This document shows positions 53,342-64,000 of a stretch of 64,000 bases of DNA, one piece after another. Position 1 is the stretch's first letter. The number at the start of each line of letters is the position of its first letter. Made by a program: the position numbers and the translations under genes. The DNA comes from Nitrospirota bacterium (GTDB lineage: Bacteria > Nitrospirota > Thermodesulfovibrionia > Thermodesulfovibrionales > UBA9159), in contig CAVOUE010000003.1 of the NCBI GenBank assembly GCA_963699545.1, positions 256,001-320,000 on the forward strand. Reading direction: 5' to 3'. Under the pieces are notes generated by a model that was given only the letters and a program-made list of their open reading frames with translations, was not told the DNA's origin and did no database searches.

Positions 53342-53522
53342 AACAAGGAGCACTGGTTTGAGCGGCATGGAGATTTGCCGGTAACAGTTCTTGGTGAAAT
53401 GCAGCGGCCACAGCCTTGAGTGTTTGAACCCGCCTGAGGCGGGTGAGTTTTCAAGGTTGTAGCGGAATAAACTTAGAACTGTCGGAAAATATCTTCGGGA
53501 GCGAAAGATAGTACTCCTTGTT
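53342..53522. repeat. 181-bp long imperfect palindrome (MITE-like or structured RNA)
   Basis: Nested stems AACAAGGAGCACT/AGTACTCCTTGTT, ACAGTTCT/AGAACTGT, ACAGCCTTGA/TCAAGGTTGT, apical ACCCGCCT-G-AGGCGGGT. Confidence 0.7.
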
Positions 53523-53529
53523 CTATAGG

Positions 53530-54246
53530 TCAAAGGTTCTTCAATACCTCCAGCAGTGCCCTCTGGCAGTTATCCACAGCCAGCCTGATATCCCATTTGG
53601 CTCTATCCCGGACCCCGACGATATTGCTTATCCCGCGTATCTCGATCAGCGGTGCTTTATAGAGAGCGCAGATATGGGCTGCGGCAGCGCCTTCCATGTT
53701 CTCACAGATTGCCCCGCCTCTCTTCTCCAATTCCCGTGCCCTCTTTCTTGTGCCCGTGCATGTAGACACGGTAACGAATCTGCCTGACCTTATTTGCGCG
53801 CGGGGCAAAGGGCAGGGGGCAAGGATGTCCAGGGTCTTTCTGATCAATCTCTTCTCAAAATCAAATTCGTTGTAATACTTTTTGGAGCCTCTTCGCGCCA
53901 GAGGGATACCGATAAATTCGGCACCGTGGAAGCCGTCTTTGGTGATAACCCCTTCATCGCCGTATACCTCTTTTTCCGCAACAGCGATATCGCCGACCTC
54001 GAGTCCTGAGGACGGATAAGCGCCGCCTGCGCCGAACAGAATGACGACCGCAGGGGAGAACTTCTCGATAAGGATGGTTGTTGCGTGGGCTGCATTGGTC
54101 TTACCCATACCGGAGACCATGTAGACCACGTCTTTGTCGTGTATCCGGCCTCCATAGAGAGGCTTCCCGGCCACAACAGACTTCTTCTTCAATTGTCTGA
54201 TGAGCAGCTTCCCTTCTTCAGGGACAGATGACATGAGTGCGATCAT
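53530..54246 (-). CDS. mqnB: Futalosine hydrolase
   Basis: SGMGKTNAAH, GAGGAY, YGDEG, TVSTCTGT, ENMEGAA, RGISNIVG; mqnD nearby. Confidence 0.88.
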   Translation of the reverse strand: MIALMSSVPEEGKLLIRQLKKKSVVAGKPLYGGRIHDKDVVYMVSGMGKTNAAHATTILIEKFSPAVVILFGAGGAYPSSGLEVGDIAVAEKEVYGDEGVITKDGFHGAEFIGIPLARRGSKKYYNEFDFEKRLIRKTLDILAPCPLPRAQIRSGRFVTVSTCTGTRKRARELEKRGGAICENMEGAAAAHICALYKAPLIEIRGISNIVGVRDRAKWDIRLAVDNCQRALLEVLKNL

Positions 54247-54302
54247 ATTCGGAAAATGTGATGCGTTATGGGTAACAAGTTTATCCAACCACGAAGGATT
54301 AA

Positions 54303-54451
54303 CATGGGATGGGCAGGCAAAGAATTTTTGTACGACACCTTATAAAGAAGACCTCCGAGGAGATTTGGCGATGCCCGTTATATGAGATAGAATAGCATTC
54401 GTCATCTCAATATCTGTCGATTACAAAAATTCTGCGGGTGTCCATCCCATG
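54303..54451. repeat. 149-bp element with 30-bp imperfect terminal inverted repeats
   Basis: CATGGGATGGGCAGGCAAAGAATTTTTGTA (54303-54332) vs reverse complement of 54422-54451: 25/30 match. Confidence 0.7.
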
Positions 54452-54483
54452 CCTTAGCAAAAGCGTGTTGTCTCAATCTTATT

Positions 54484-55740
54484 CTATTCTCTCAGCTGTC
54501 CGCTTCCCAGGACGATGAACTTAGTGCAGGTGAGCTCTTCCAGTCCCATGGGACCGCGAGCATGTATCTTGTCTGTAGATATGCCGATCTCAGCTCCAAG
54601 ACCGAACTGATACCCGTCATTGAGCCTGGTGGAGGCATTCACGAACACTGCCGAGGAATCCACCTCCCGCAGAAACCTCATGGCCCTGTCGTAGTTCATG
54701 GTGATGATGGAATCGGAATGGGCAGAGCCATAGTTGGCGATGTGCTCCATAGCCTCTTCCATATCCTTCACTACCTTTACGTTCAGGATCAGGTCCAGGT
54801 ATTCCCTAAAGTAATCCTCTTCTTTCACCCCGGCGACGGCGGGATAGATGGAGCGGGTCTTCGGGCACCCCCGCAGCGATACCCCCGCCTCTTCAAACCG
54901 CTTCAGCATAGCCGGCAGAAAACCCTCTGCGATAGCTCCGTCAACGAGCATCGTCTCCATGGCATTGCATGTCCCCGGCCTCTGGACCTTTGCATTAAAA
55001 CAGATATCTTCCGCCATGAGCAGATCGGCATCCCTGTCCACAAAGACATGACAGACCCCCTTATAGTGCTTCAGCACCGGAATGCGGGAATTCTCCGTCA
55101 CCGCCCTGATAAGGCCTTCCCCTCCCCTGGGTATGATGAGATCGATGATGCCCTCGAGCTTCAGCATCTCCATGATCGCTTCCCTGTCCGGGATATCGAT
55201 AAAGGTTATGGCGCCTTCATGGATCCCTTCTGCCTTTGCCACGTCCCGCAGGGTCCTCGCGATGGCCTTATTGGAGTGGATCGCCTCTGAGCCCCCCCGC
55301 AGCATGACCGCGTTGCCGGCCTTAAGGCAGAGGCTGGTGGCATCTGCGGTGACGTTGGGCCGCGATTCATAGATGATCCCTATCAGTCCTATGGGAACAC
55401 GCATCTTCCCGACGGTCATGCCGTTGGGTCTTTTCCACATCCTGATCACCTCTCCCACAGGGTCAGGGAGCTGGGAGACCTCCACGAGTCCCTGGGCCAT
55501 CTCACCGATCCTCTTTTCGTTCAGCGTAAGCCTGTCGATCAGCGCTTTTGAGAGCCCTTTTTCTTCTGCGAACTTTATATCCTTTCTGTTCTCGGAGACA
55601 AGCTCATTCTTCCTTTTTCTCAACGCCTCCGCCATCTTCACCAGGACAAGGTTCTTTTGCGCAGATGAAGCCTTCCCCAGGGACCTCGCCCCGGCCTTTG
55701 CTTCCAGCGCCAGATCGATGATGTATTTCTTCATATCCAT
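54484..55740 (-). CDS. proA: Gamma-glutamyl phosphate reductase
   Basis: IIYESRPNVT, IPRGGEGLI, CNAMETML, NASTR, GAEIGIST..HARGPMGL. Confidence 0.97.
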   Translation of the reverse strand: MDMKKYIIDLALEAKAGARSLGKASSAQKNLVLVKMAEALRKRKNELVSENRKDIKFAEEKGLSKALIDRLTLNEKRIGEMAQGLVEVSQLPDPVGEVIRMWKRPNGMTVGKMRVPIGLIGIIYESRPNVTADATSLCLKAGNAVMLRGGSEAIHSNKAIARTLRDVAKAEGIHEGAITFIDIPDREAIMEMLKLEGIIDLIIPRGGEGLIRAVTENSRIPVLKHYKGVCHVFVDRDADLLMAEDICFNAKVQRPGTCNAMETMLVDGAIAEGFLPAMLKRFEEAGVSLRGCPKTRSIYPAVAGVKEEDYFREYLDLILNVKVVKDMEEAMEHIANYGSAHSDSIITMNYDRAMRFLREVDSSAVFVNASTRLNDGYQFGLGAEIGISTDKIHARGPMGLEELTCTKFIVLGSGQLRE

Positions 55741-55877
55741 TGATGCCTCGATGCCTCCCTCGGTGAATGCCGATAAAATTACAATAACGGAACACCATGA
55801 AATAATCAATATCTCCTTGCGTACGCCTTGCCTGACCCTTCCTTGACCTTACCCTCACTCTCGTCTTACAATGTCGT

Positions 55878-57583
55878 ATGCCACAGATCAGGGTCCTTCC
55901 TGTAGAACTCAGAAACAAAATAGCCGCCGGTGAGGTAATAGAGAGGCCTGCCTCAGTGGTGAAGGAACTCATCGAGAATTCCATTGACGCGGAGAGCACC
56001 GAAATACGGATAGAGATCCTGAGGGGAGGCAAAGGCCTCATAAAAGTGGTTGACAACGGTATAGGAATGGACGGGGAGGATGCCCTTTTGTGTCTCCAGC
56101 GTCATGCCACAAGCAAACTCAGGAACGAAAAGATCTTTTCCATATCACCACCCTGGGCTTCAGGGGCGAGGCACTGCCTTCTATTGCCTCAGTTTCCAGG
56201 ATGAAGCTTGTGACGGGGCTGAGAGATGCTCCTTCGGGCGTATCCATTGACATACACGGCGGGGAGATCGGGAGGACAAGGGACTTCCCCTCTATCGGTA
56301 CCGCCATAGAGATACGGGACATCTTTTTCAATACACCCGCCAGGAAGAAGTTCCTCAAGGCCGACAGCACTGAACTTTTCCACATTATCGACGCGGTCAC
56401 CAGGGAAGCCCTCTCCCACTGGGATATCGGTTTCCGTCTCTTCACCGACGAGAAGGAGACCATGAACCTGCCCCGGGCATCAGGCCCGAGGGAGAGGGTG
56501 CTCCAGATCTATGGGCTGGAGTTCATCGAGGGACTGCTGGAGGTGGTTGCAGAAGGGCACGGTCTTGGGATGAGCGCACTTATCACCAAAGGAGATCATT
56601 TCAGGAACAACAAGGCCCATCAGTTCATCTTCGTCAACAGGCGCCCGGTGAAGGACCAGACCGTTTCCCACGCAGTGTATGACGCATACAAAGGGATACT
56701 CCCCCATGACCAGCACCCGGTGTTCTTCCTTTTTCTTGAGATAGACCCGGAGAGGGTCGATTTCAATGTTCATCCCACAAAGCGTGAGGTGAGGTTCGAG
56801 AACAAACAGGGGATCCACGATTTTGTGAGAGCATATCTGCGGGATGCGATAAAGAAAGAACGGTCCCGTTACGCTGCGCCGTTTGCAGAAACGTCGGGAT
56901 GGGCGGTATCGGAAATGTCCGTATCATTTGACGCACGTGAAGAACGCGTTTCCCTTCCCTCAGGACACGGAGCGGACCCCCTTTCCGTCAAGGGCGTTCC
57001 AGAAACGATGGAGTTTCCCTCTCAGCCGTCCCTCCCCTTCCTCTATCTTGGCGATACCTTCATCGCCATGGCGGGCAGGGGCGGACTGACCCTCATAGAC
57101 CATCACGCAGCCCACGAAAGAATTCTCTATGAAAGCTTTCTGAAGGGGATAAACCTTGATTCCCATGCTCTGCTTTTCCCGAAGCAGCTGAAGTTGTCGC
57201 CCAGGGAATATTCGGTGATACTCGAGGAGAAGACCTTGCTGTCCGAAATGGGAATGGAGATCGATGATTTCGGCCATAATACTCTCATCGTCCGAAGCCT
57301 TCCCTATGCCTTAAAGGAAGCAGATATAAGGGGCATACTCTCTGACGTTGCCGCGGCGCTTCTTGAGGGAACACGGCCATTTCAATCGATAAAAGAGGCC
57401 CTCGCCGCCCGGATCGCGTGTCACAGCTCGGTGCGCGGGAAAGAGATCCTCCACCGGGAAGAGTTTGAGAGACTCCTTCAACGTCTCGATGCTGCCGAGA
57501 ATCCTGACCAGTGCCCCCACGGACGGCCCACAAGGATATTCCTTTCCCTTGATGACATGAAAAAGTTGTTCAAGAGGAAGTAA
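55878..57583 (+). CDS. mutL: DNA mismatch repair protein MutL, frameshift ~56130
   Basis: [26 protein letters not shown], then [37 protein letters not shown] in the next frame. Confidence 0.95.
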
Positions 57584-57596
57584 CAATGCTCGTATT

Positions 57597-57746
57597 TAAA
57601 TAGGGACACATCCCATTTTATTAGCGCAGGAATCTTCTATTGTAGCCTTTTGGTGGTCAAAGAACAGCGAGTGCTGTTGCGCTGGGCTTCATTTACCACA
57701 GGCTTCTGAGAGGCAGTGATTTAAAAATGGGATGTGTCCCTATCTA
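57597..57746. mobile_element. Non-autonomous REP-doublet (REPIN/MITE-like) element
   Basis: 23-bp terminal inverted repeats 57597-57619 and 57724-57746 (22/23 match) matching the RAYT-end motif; ~104-bp unique interior. Confidence 0.82.
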
Positions 57747-57801
57747 TTTCTGAAGGGAAGGCAACTGGAATGTGACGGGAAGGAATATGATAGGATAAGA
57801 A

Positions 57802-58731
57802 ATGTCTTCACCAAATAAGGTCATCATCATCCTCGGTCCTACGGGCGTCGGCAAGACAGGGGCGTCCATCCTCCTGGCAAAGGCGATGGATACGGAAATC
57901 ATCAGCGCCGATTCCATGCAGGTCTACCGGCATATGGACATCGGAACTGCAAAGCCGTCGCAGGAAGAAATGTCCGGCGTGACGCACCATATGATCGATA
58001 TCGTAGCGCCTTCCGAAACTTTCAGCGCCGGGGAATATATCGATCACCTCATCCCCTTGATTGAAGGTCTCCATAAGCAGGGGAAGATCCCCGTTATCGT
58101 GGGCGGAACAGGCCTTTACATCAAGGCGATGACGCGGGGGCTCTTCTCCGGTCCTTCCGCTGACTGGGTCCTGCGGGAAGAACTTCTCTCCGCGGAAGAA
58201 AGAGACAGGGGCTGTCTGTACCGCTCCCTTCAGGATCTGGACGCCGATGCGGCGGCAAAGGTGATGCCTGCGGACACGAGGAGGATCGTCAGGGCGCTGG
58301 AGGTCTGCCTCAAGGCAGAGACCGGGATCACCGAACTGCAGAAGAATCGTACCAGACCTCTGCCCTACACCTTCATCCTTATCGGCCTCACGAGGCAGAG
58401 AAAGGAATTGTATGCACTCATTGAAAAAAGGGTTGACGCAATGCTCGCAAAAGGCCTTGTGGACGAGGTCCGACAGCTCCTCCGTATGAATCCGGGGAAA
58501 ACTGCCATGCAAGCCATCGGATACAAAGAGATCGCGCTTTTTTTCAGAGGTGAGACCTCCCTTGATGACGCGGTAAAGACCATCAAGAAACGGTCACGGA
58601 ATTATGCAAAGCGTCAGTTCACCTGGTTCAGGCAGGAAAAAGGCACACAGTGGCTGGACATAACAGGCCTCTTTTCCCACCGAGATATTTACAAAGCTAT
58701 TGAAATATTTCTCGAAAATCGTTTAACGTAA
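57802..58731 (+). CDS. miaA: tRNA dimethylallyltransferase
   Basis: [39 protein letters not shown]. Confidence 0.97.
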   Translation: MSSPNKVIIILGPTGVGKTGASILLAKAMDTEIISADSMQVYRHMDIGTAKPSQEEMSGVTHHMIDIVAPSETFSAGEYIDHLIPLIEGLHKQGKIPVIVGGTGLYIKAMTRGLFSGPSADWVLREELLSAEERDRGCLYRSLQDLDADAAAKVMPADTRRIVRALEVCLKAETGITELQKNRTRPLPYTFILIGLTRQRKELYALIEKRVDAMLAKGLVDEVRQLLRMNPGKTAMQAIGYKEIALFFRGETSLDDAVKTIKKRSRNYAKRQFTWFRQEKGTQWLDITGLFSHRDIYKAIEIFLENRLT

Positions 58732-58793
58732 GAAGAAAAAAAGGGACTCCGGCAGTGGGAGTGTATAAGGGGGGGACCGGTAAGGAGGGTGCG

Positions 58794-59015
58794 ATGTCCA
58801 ATAACCTGCAAGACAATTTCCTGAATCAACTCAGGAAAGACAAGACTCCCGTGGTGGTGTATCTGGCCAATGGGGTGAGGCTGAAAGGGATGATCAAGGG
58901 GTTTGACAGCTTTGTGATCATCCTGAAAGAGTCTACACAGCAGCTCATATACAAACATGCGGTCTCGACCATCGTCCCTGAAAAGGAAGTTGACCTGCGG
59001 TTTGAAGAATCATAG
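58794..59015 (+). CDS. hfq: RNA chaperone Hfq
   Basis: [32 protein letters not shown]; follows miaA. Confidence 0.97.
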   Translation: MSNNLQDNFLNQLRKDKTPVVVYLANGVRLKGMIKGFDSFVIILKESTQQLIYKHAVSTIVPEKEVDLRFEES

Positions 59016-59401
59016 AAACCCGGTTCCGACAGTGGACGTCATCATAGAGTGCGAAGGCGGGATCGTTATGATAAAGAGGAAAAATCCTCCCGTGGGTTGG
59101 GCTCTTCCCGGCGGGTTTGTGGACTACGAAGAAGACCTTGAGTCTGCCGCTGTCAGGGAGGCGAGGGAAGAGACCGGCCTGGAGGTGGAACTCGTCAGGC
59201 AGTTCCACACCTATTCTGCTCCTGAAAGAGACCCGCGGCAGCATACCATCACCACCGTATATATCGCACGGGCATCGGGAAAGCCCCTTGGGGGCGATGA
59301 CGCTGCAGAGGCACGGCTGTTCTGCGATGACCGTTCTCCCGGAACCCATCGTCTTTGACCATAAACAAATATTGGATGATTATTTCATGAGGAGGTATTA
59401 G
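59002..59401 (+). CDS. Nudix hydrolase, frameshift near 59330
   Basis: [33 protein letters not shown]-terminus LPEPIVFDH in the adjacent frame; TTG start. Confidence 0.88.
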
Positions 59402-60052
59402 ATGCTCAAAGCAATGCGCAAGCACGCAAAATTTTTCTACGTCCTTTTCTTCATTGTCATCCTTTCCTTCATCTTCTGGGGTGTCGGAACTGTAGACAAG
59501 TCCACCGCCGTGCCCATTGCGGAGGTGGGGAAGGAAAAGATAACCCTCGAAGAATACTGGGCTTCTTATGACAGGGCGAGGGAATTCTACCGGAATATCT
59601 CAAAAGGCGCTTTCACTGAGGAGATGGAAAAACAGCTGAACCTCAAGAAGAGGGTGTTGGATTCTCTGATCGATGAAATGGTCCTTCTGGCTGAGGCGAA
59701 AAAAACAGGGATCCGGGTGAGCGATGAGGAACTGGAGGAAGCGATCCTCAATGACCCCGCATTCACCCGCGACGGCAAATTCAACAAGGACATATACCTC
59801 AGAACCCTGCAGCTCAACAGGATGACGCCCGAATATTTTGAGTCCATGAAACGGAAAGAGCTGACCCTCTCCAAAATGCACCGCCTCATCGGAGAGTCCA
59901 TTGACCTGACCGATGAGGGCATGAAAGATCCTGCCCAGGCCAATGCCCGGCAGGCCGTACTTTCCCGGATGAGGGAACAGGCCGTCAAGTCCTACCTGGA
60001 AGGGCTCAAGAAACAGATGAAGATAAAGGTCAACCAGCAGCTTATCGGTTGA
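59402..60052 (+). CDS. SurA/PpiD N-terminal-domain chaperone
   Basis: MLKAMRK..FIFWGVG, VLDSLID, PAFTRDGKFN. Confidence 0.85.
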   Translation: MLKAMRKHAKFFYVLFFIVILSFIFWGVGTVDKSTAVPIAEVGKEKITLEEYWASYDRAREFYRNISKGAFTEEMEKQLNLKKRVLDSLIDEMVLLAEAKKTGIRVSDEELEEAILNDPAFTRDGKFNKDIYLRTLQLNRMTPEYFESMKRKELTLSKMHRLIGESIDLTDEGMKDPAQANARQAVLSRMREQAVKSYLEGLKKQMKIKVNQQLIG

Positions 60053-60054
60053 CG

Positions 60055-61446
60055 TTACCTTAGTGCTGCTCTGACGGCTTTCACCGCTGCTTCCACTTCG
60101 CCGGCGGAGATGGTCCGTGGATCAAGGATGAGAGAATCGCCTCTGATCCGGGCGACGATGGAAGGATCGCCGTTTCTGAGCCTTTCCTCCAGTTCGTTCA
60201 CCGTGATCTTCCCCGGTCTTATCGAAACGGTAAAAGTGGGGAAGTCAACCTCCGGGAGAGAACCTCCTCCTGCCTGTGAGGAGTCTTTGACGATCTCTAT
60301 TGCTCCGTCCTTCAGGTCTCTCTTGAGAAGGCCCGCCATCTTCTTTGCCCTTGCCCTGATCTTCTCCGGACCTTCCAGGAGCATCTTCAAGGTAGGTATA
60401 TTCTCCTTCGCACCTTCCTCATCCGCATACTCAAGAAGGGTCGCCTCCAGTGCTGCCAGGGTGAGCTTGTCTATGCGCACCGCCCTGGTGAGGGGGTGCT
60501 TCTGTATCTTTTCGATACATTCTTTCCTCCCCAGGATCACCCCCGCCTGGGGTCCGCCAAGGAGTTTGTCCCCGCTGAAGGTCACAAGGTCGACGCCGCT
60601 CTTCACTATTTCACGCACGGAAGGCTCTGTATGGATCCTGTACTCCTTGAGGTCGACAAGACAGCCGCTTCCCAGATCATACATCACCGGGATGTTACAG
60701 CCGTGCCCGAAGGCCACAAGCTTTTCGATGGGGACATCCTCTGTGAATCCGCTCATACGGTAATTGGACTGATGGACCTTGAGAAGAAGGGCGGTGCGCT
60801 CATTCAGGGCATTCTCATAATCGTGGAGATGGGTCTTGTTGGTCGTCCCCACTTCCTTCAGCACCGCGCCGCTCAGGGCCATCACATCCGGGACCCTGAA
60901 AGAACCGCCGATCTCCACCAGCTCTCCCCGGGAAACAATGACCTCTCTTTCTTTTGCCAGGGCGCTCAAACAGAGGAAGACCGCTGCTGCATTATTGTTC
61001 ACGGCAAAGCCGTCCTCTGCGCCGGTAATCTCCCTCAGGAGCTTCTTGAGATGGGTGTACCGCTTCCCCCGTTTCCCCGCTCCGAGGTCGTACTCGAGAT
61101 TCGAATACCGGGTGGCGACCCTTGTCACATTCTCCATCACCCTCGGTGAAAGGATGGAACGGCCGAGGTTCGTATGGATGACGATTCCCGTTGCATTGAT
61201 GACCGGTCTAAGACTGAGGGAGGACAATGTCTCGACCCGCACGTTGATGTCAGGGACCATGCTTTCAACCGAAACATCCGCGGTCGTCCCTTCCAGGATC
61301 TCCTTTCTCCTGAAGTCTATGCCCTCTCTGATGGCGGCAAGGACATATCTCCTTGGATGCGTCCTCAGCCACCCGATCCCAGCCCCGCTCTTGAGGACTT
61401 CGTCCACTGAGGGAAGGCTCGACAATAAGTGCTGTTTTCTTTCCAT
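60055..61446 (-). CDS. selA: L-seryl-tRNA(Sec) selenium transferase
   Basis: VINATGIVIHTNLGR, SRGELVEIGGSFR, EVGTTNKT, FSGDKLLGGPQAG. Confidence 0.97.
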   Translation of the reverse strand: MERKQHLLSSLPSVDEVLKSGAGIGWLRTHPRRYVLAAIREGIDFRRKEILEGTTADVSVESMVPDINVRVETLSSLSLRPVINATGIVIHTNLGRSILSPRVMENVTRVATRYSNLEYDLGAGKRGKRYTHLKKLLREITGAEDGFAVNNNAAAVFLCLSALAKEREVIVSRGELVEIGGSFRVPDVMALSGAVLKEVGTTNKTHLHDYENALNERTALLLKVHQSNYRMSGFTEDVPIEKLVAFGHGCNIPVMYDLGSGCLVDLKEYRIHTEPSVREIVKSGVDLVTFSGDKLLGGPQAGVILGRKECIEKIQKHPLTRAVRIDKLTLAALEATLLEYADEEGAKENIPTLKMLLEGPEKIRARAKKMAGLLKRDLKDGAIEIVKDSSQAGGGSLPEVDFPTFTVSIRPGKITVNELEERLRNGDPSIVARIRGDSLILDPRTISAGEVEAAVKAVRAALR

Positions 61447-61465
61447 AGGCCGGAGAGCGCTCTCC

Positions 61466-61951
61466 TTACTCTTGTCCTTCGTCGATGACATACGTTACCG
61501 TCACCTTCAGGTCCTTGCGAAGGGAATGGTAGACCGAGCAATATTTGTCCTGGGAAAGGGAGATGGCCCTATCCATTTTCCTGGGCGTGATATGTTTCCC
61601 GGCAATGTGGATCACCATCTCTATGGCCTTATAGTATTGGGGAGGCGTGGGGTTCCTCTCCCCGGAGATATCGATCCTGCATTTCGAAATCACCGCCTTC
61701 ATCTTCTGAAGAAAAGAGACAACGTCGATCGCGAGACAGCCGGCGACGCTCATCAGCAGACTTTCCGTGGGGATGCATCCCCACTGGGCCTGCGCATCAA
61801 AGTCGATTTCGTATCCCCGCTGCGTCCTGCCGAGGAATATCAGGTCTTTGTCCCAGGTCAGCGTGCCCTTGTTCACTGGCATGATCTTCCCCTTGTATCC
61901 CTCCAGGGATTGTTCCAATGACTCAGCGTCTCTGTCTTCAGTAATACTCAC
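61466..61951 (-). CDS. OsmC/YhfA-family protein
   Basis: PTESLLMSVAGC..KYCSVYHSL; GTG start after GGAGG. Confidence 0.88.
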   Translation of the reverse strand: MSITEDRDAESLEQSLEGYKGKIMPVNKGTLTWDKDLIFLGRTQRGYEIDFDAQAQWGCIPTESLLMSVAGCLAIDVVSFLQKMKAVISKCRIDISGERNPTPPQYYKAIEMVIHIAGKHITPRKMDRAISLSQDKYCSVYHSLRKDLKVTVTYVIDEGQE

Positions 61952-62133
61952 TGTTTCCTCCCGAAGATCACTGTCCGAAGAATGAGGACAAAACAAAGCA
62001 GCTTCCTCTCTATTCAAAATATGCTTATTATATAGCATAACGGCAAAAGACTGTAAAGACTGCATTCTTTCCCTCTTGCCGCCCCACTTGCCGCATCTCT
62101 TGATAAACAGTGCCCTTTTGCATAGAATAACCC

Positions 62134-64000
62134 ATGCGCTACGTGATCCTCGGCACAGCAGGCCATATCGACCACGGCAAAAGTTCCCTTGTGAAGGCCC
62201 TCACCGGCATCGATCCCGACCGCCTGAAGGAAGAAAAGGAGCGGGGGATCACCATCGACCTCGGATTTGCCGATCTCACCTACCCCGACGGTCTCACCGT
62301 GGGGATCGTGGACGTCCCCGGGCACGAGCGCCTCGTCCGGAACATGCTTGCCGGGGCAGGGGGTATTGACCTGGTGCTCCTTGTCATTGCCGCAGACGAG
62401 GGCATCATGCCCCAGAGCCGTGAACATCTCGCCATCTGCAATCTGCTCAAGATCAAATCAGGCCTCATCGCCGTCACCAAGGCGGACCTTGTTGAAAAAG
62501 ACTGGCTGCACCTTGTGATGGACGAGGTGCGCGGCTTCGTGAAAGGAACGTTCCTCGAGGGCGCAGAGATCACTCCCGTCTCTTCCAAGACCGGAGAGAA
62601 TCTGGATCTCTTGAAAGAAAAGATACGGGAGGTTGCACTCAGGGTCGAGCCGAAACCGGAGAAGGAGATCTTCAGGCTTCCCATAGACAGGGTATTCACC
62701 CTGAAGGGCTTCGGCACCGTGGTGACCGGCACCGTAGTCTCAGGAACGCTTTCGCTGGACGAGACGGCAGAGGTACAGCCTTCCGGCATCAGCGCCAAGG
62801 TGAGAGGGCTCCACAGCCACGGCAAGGCGATCCGGACCGCCCGTGCAGGACAGCGGGTGGCGATCAACCTCCAGGGGGTGAACAAGGAGGACCTGCGGCG
62901 CGGCGATGTGGCAGTGACCCCGAAGAATATTCAACCATCCCGCATCATTGATGCACGCATAGACCTTCTCGCTGAAGTATCGCCGCTCAAGACCAAGAGC
63001 CTTGTACATTTCCATATCGCCACGTCAGAAACCATCGCCAGGGTCATACTCTACAACAGGGATGAACTGAACGCGGGGGAATCCTGTTACTGTCAATTGC
63101 GCCTGGACGAACCGGTGGTGGCCCTTTCCGGGAGACCGCTTCATCGTGAGGAGATTTTCTCCTGTTCTGACCATCGGCGGCGGAACAGTTCTCGATCCCT
63201 CGCCTGACAGAAGAAGGCGCAAGGATTCCACAGCAGACCTTGATATCCTTGAAACTGGCTCCCTCCCTGAAAAAATAGCGGCGAAGGTGAAGAAGGCAGG
63301 GTTGAAGGGAATGAACGTATCCTCCATCACCGGATGGATAAAGGCGGAAATTCCGGCCATCGAGCAATCCCTCGGCCGGTTGAAGTCCCAGGGCCTCCTC
63401 ATACAGCTGGGCGACACCCTTTTCCAGCAGGACATTTATAGCGGGTTTTCCAGGAGCATCGCGGAAGCGCTCGACGGCTTCCACAAAAAAAATCCCCTAA
63501 GCCCCGGCATGCCCAAAGAAGAGCTTCGGGCCCAGATGAGGATGCGTCAGGATATCTGGGGAAATTGGCTCAGTTCGCTGGACAGCGTGGTAGTGGACAA
63601 GGAAGTGGTAAGGCTCAGGAGCTTCATGACTGCCTCGTCCGGGTCTTCTCCCTCCGCTTCAAAGATCCGCGAAACCCTTGAAAGAGCGAAATTTCAGCCT
63701 CCCGCAAAGGAAGAGCTTGCTGAAAGCCTCGCTCTTCCCCCAAAGACGGTAACGGATATGCTCAAGCTCATGGGCAAGGAAGGTACGCTCGTGAGGATCA
63801 ATGATTCCATGTATATTACTGCAGCTGCATATAAGGAGCTCATCTCTTTGCTCAGGGCCTTCTTTGGGAAGAAGCCGGAGATGACCGTGGCGGAATTCAG
63901 GGACATCCTCGGAACGACCAGGAAGTACGCCCTGCCCTTTCTGGAATATCTGGATTCCAACAACATAACGCTCAGGGTGGGTGATGTCAGGAAATTCCTC
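62134..64000 (+). CDS. selB: Selenocysteine-specific elongation factor, frameshift ~63131, runs off the window end
   Basis: [26 protein letters not shown]; after removing one [37 protein letters not shown]. Confidence 0.95.

Noticed and set aside
53342-53522. 6S RNA
   Set aside because: Size and rod shape fit, but I see no recognisable 6S sequence features or usual gene context; left as an unassigned palindrome pending an Rfam search.
56120-56135. Programmed ribosomal frameshifting in mutL, selB and others
   Set aside because: No shared slippery motif or stimulatory structure, and the indels go in both directions.

Overview
A 64-kb chromosomal window, mostly housekeeping genes, from an anaerobic Gram-negative bacterium. 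Gene content suggests Nitrospirota (Thermodesulfovibrionia-like) or a related deltaproteobacterial lineage; this is inference only. It holds the 3' part of a GH94 cyclic beta-1,2-glucan synthase/phosphorylase, hisDC, a TctABC transporter, Opp/Dpp ATPases, an OmpR-type two-component system, pyrE, tgt, gap-pgk, SAM decarboxylase, tRNA-Met, mqnB/mqnD, a MoxR-DUF58-transglutaminase triad, proA, mutL-miaA-hfq, selA/selB and two multiheme cytochromes. Main non-routine signals: (1) a REP-associated HUH/Y1 tyrosine transposase (RAYT) bracketed by inverted GGGA-CACA-TCCC hairpin repeats; the same repeat pair recurs at ~24.4 kb and ~57.6 kb around unrelated 100-150 bp interiors, with a degenerate copy beyond the tct operon; (2) two further palindromic elements flanking mqnB; (3) an unannotated 23-aa Cys/Lys peptide gene with a consensus promoter; (4) a beta-defensin-like six-Cys module fused to an amicyanin-like cupredoxin; (5) a predicted sigma54 operon of duplicated small membrane proteins plus a nine-heme cytochrome; (6) widespread apparently leaderless promoters, a probable ATT start codon and scattered 7-bp tandem repeats. 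About eleven single-base indels in ten genes are most likely assembly errors.
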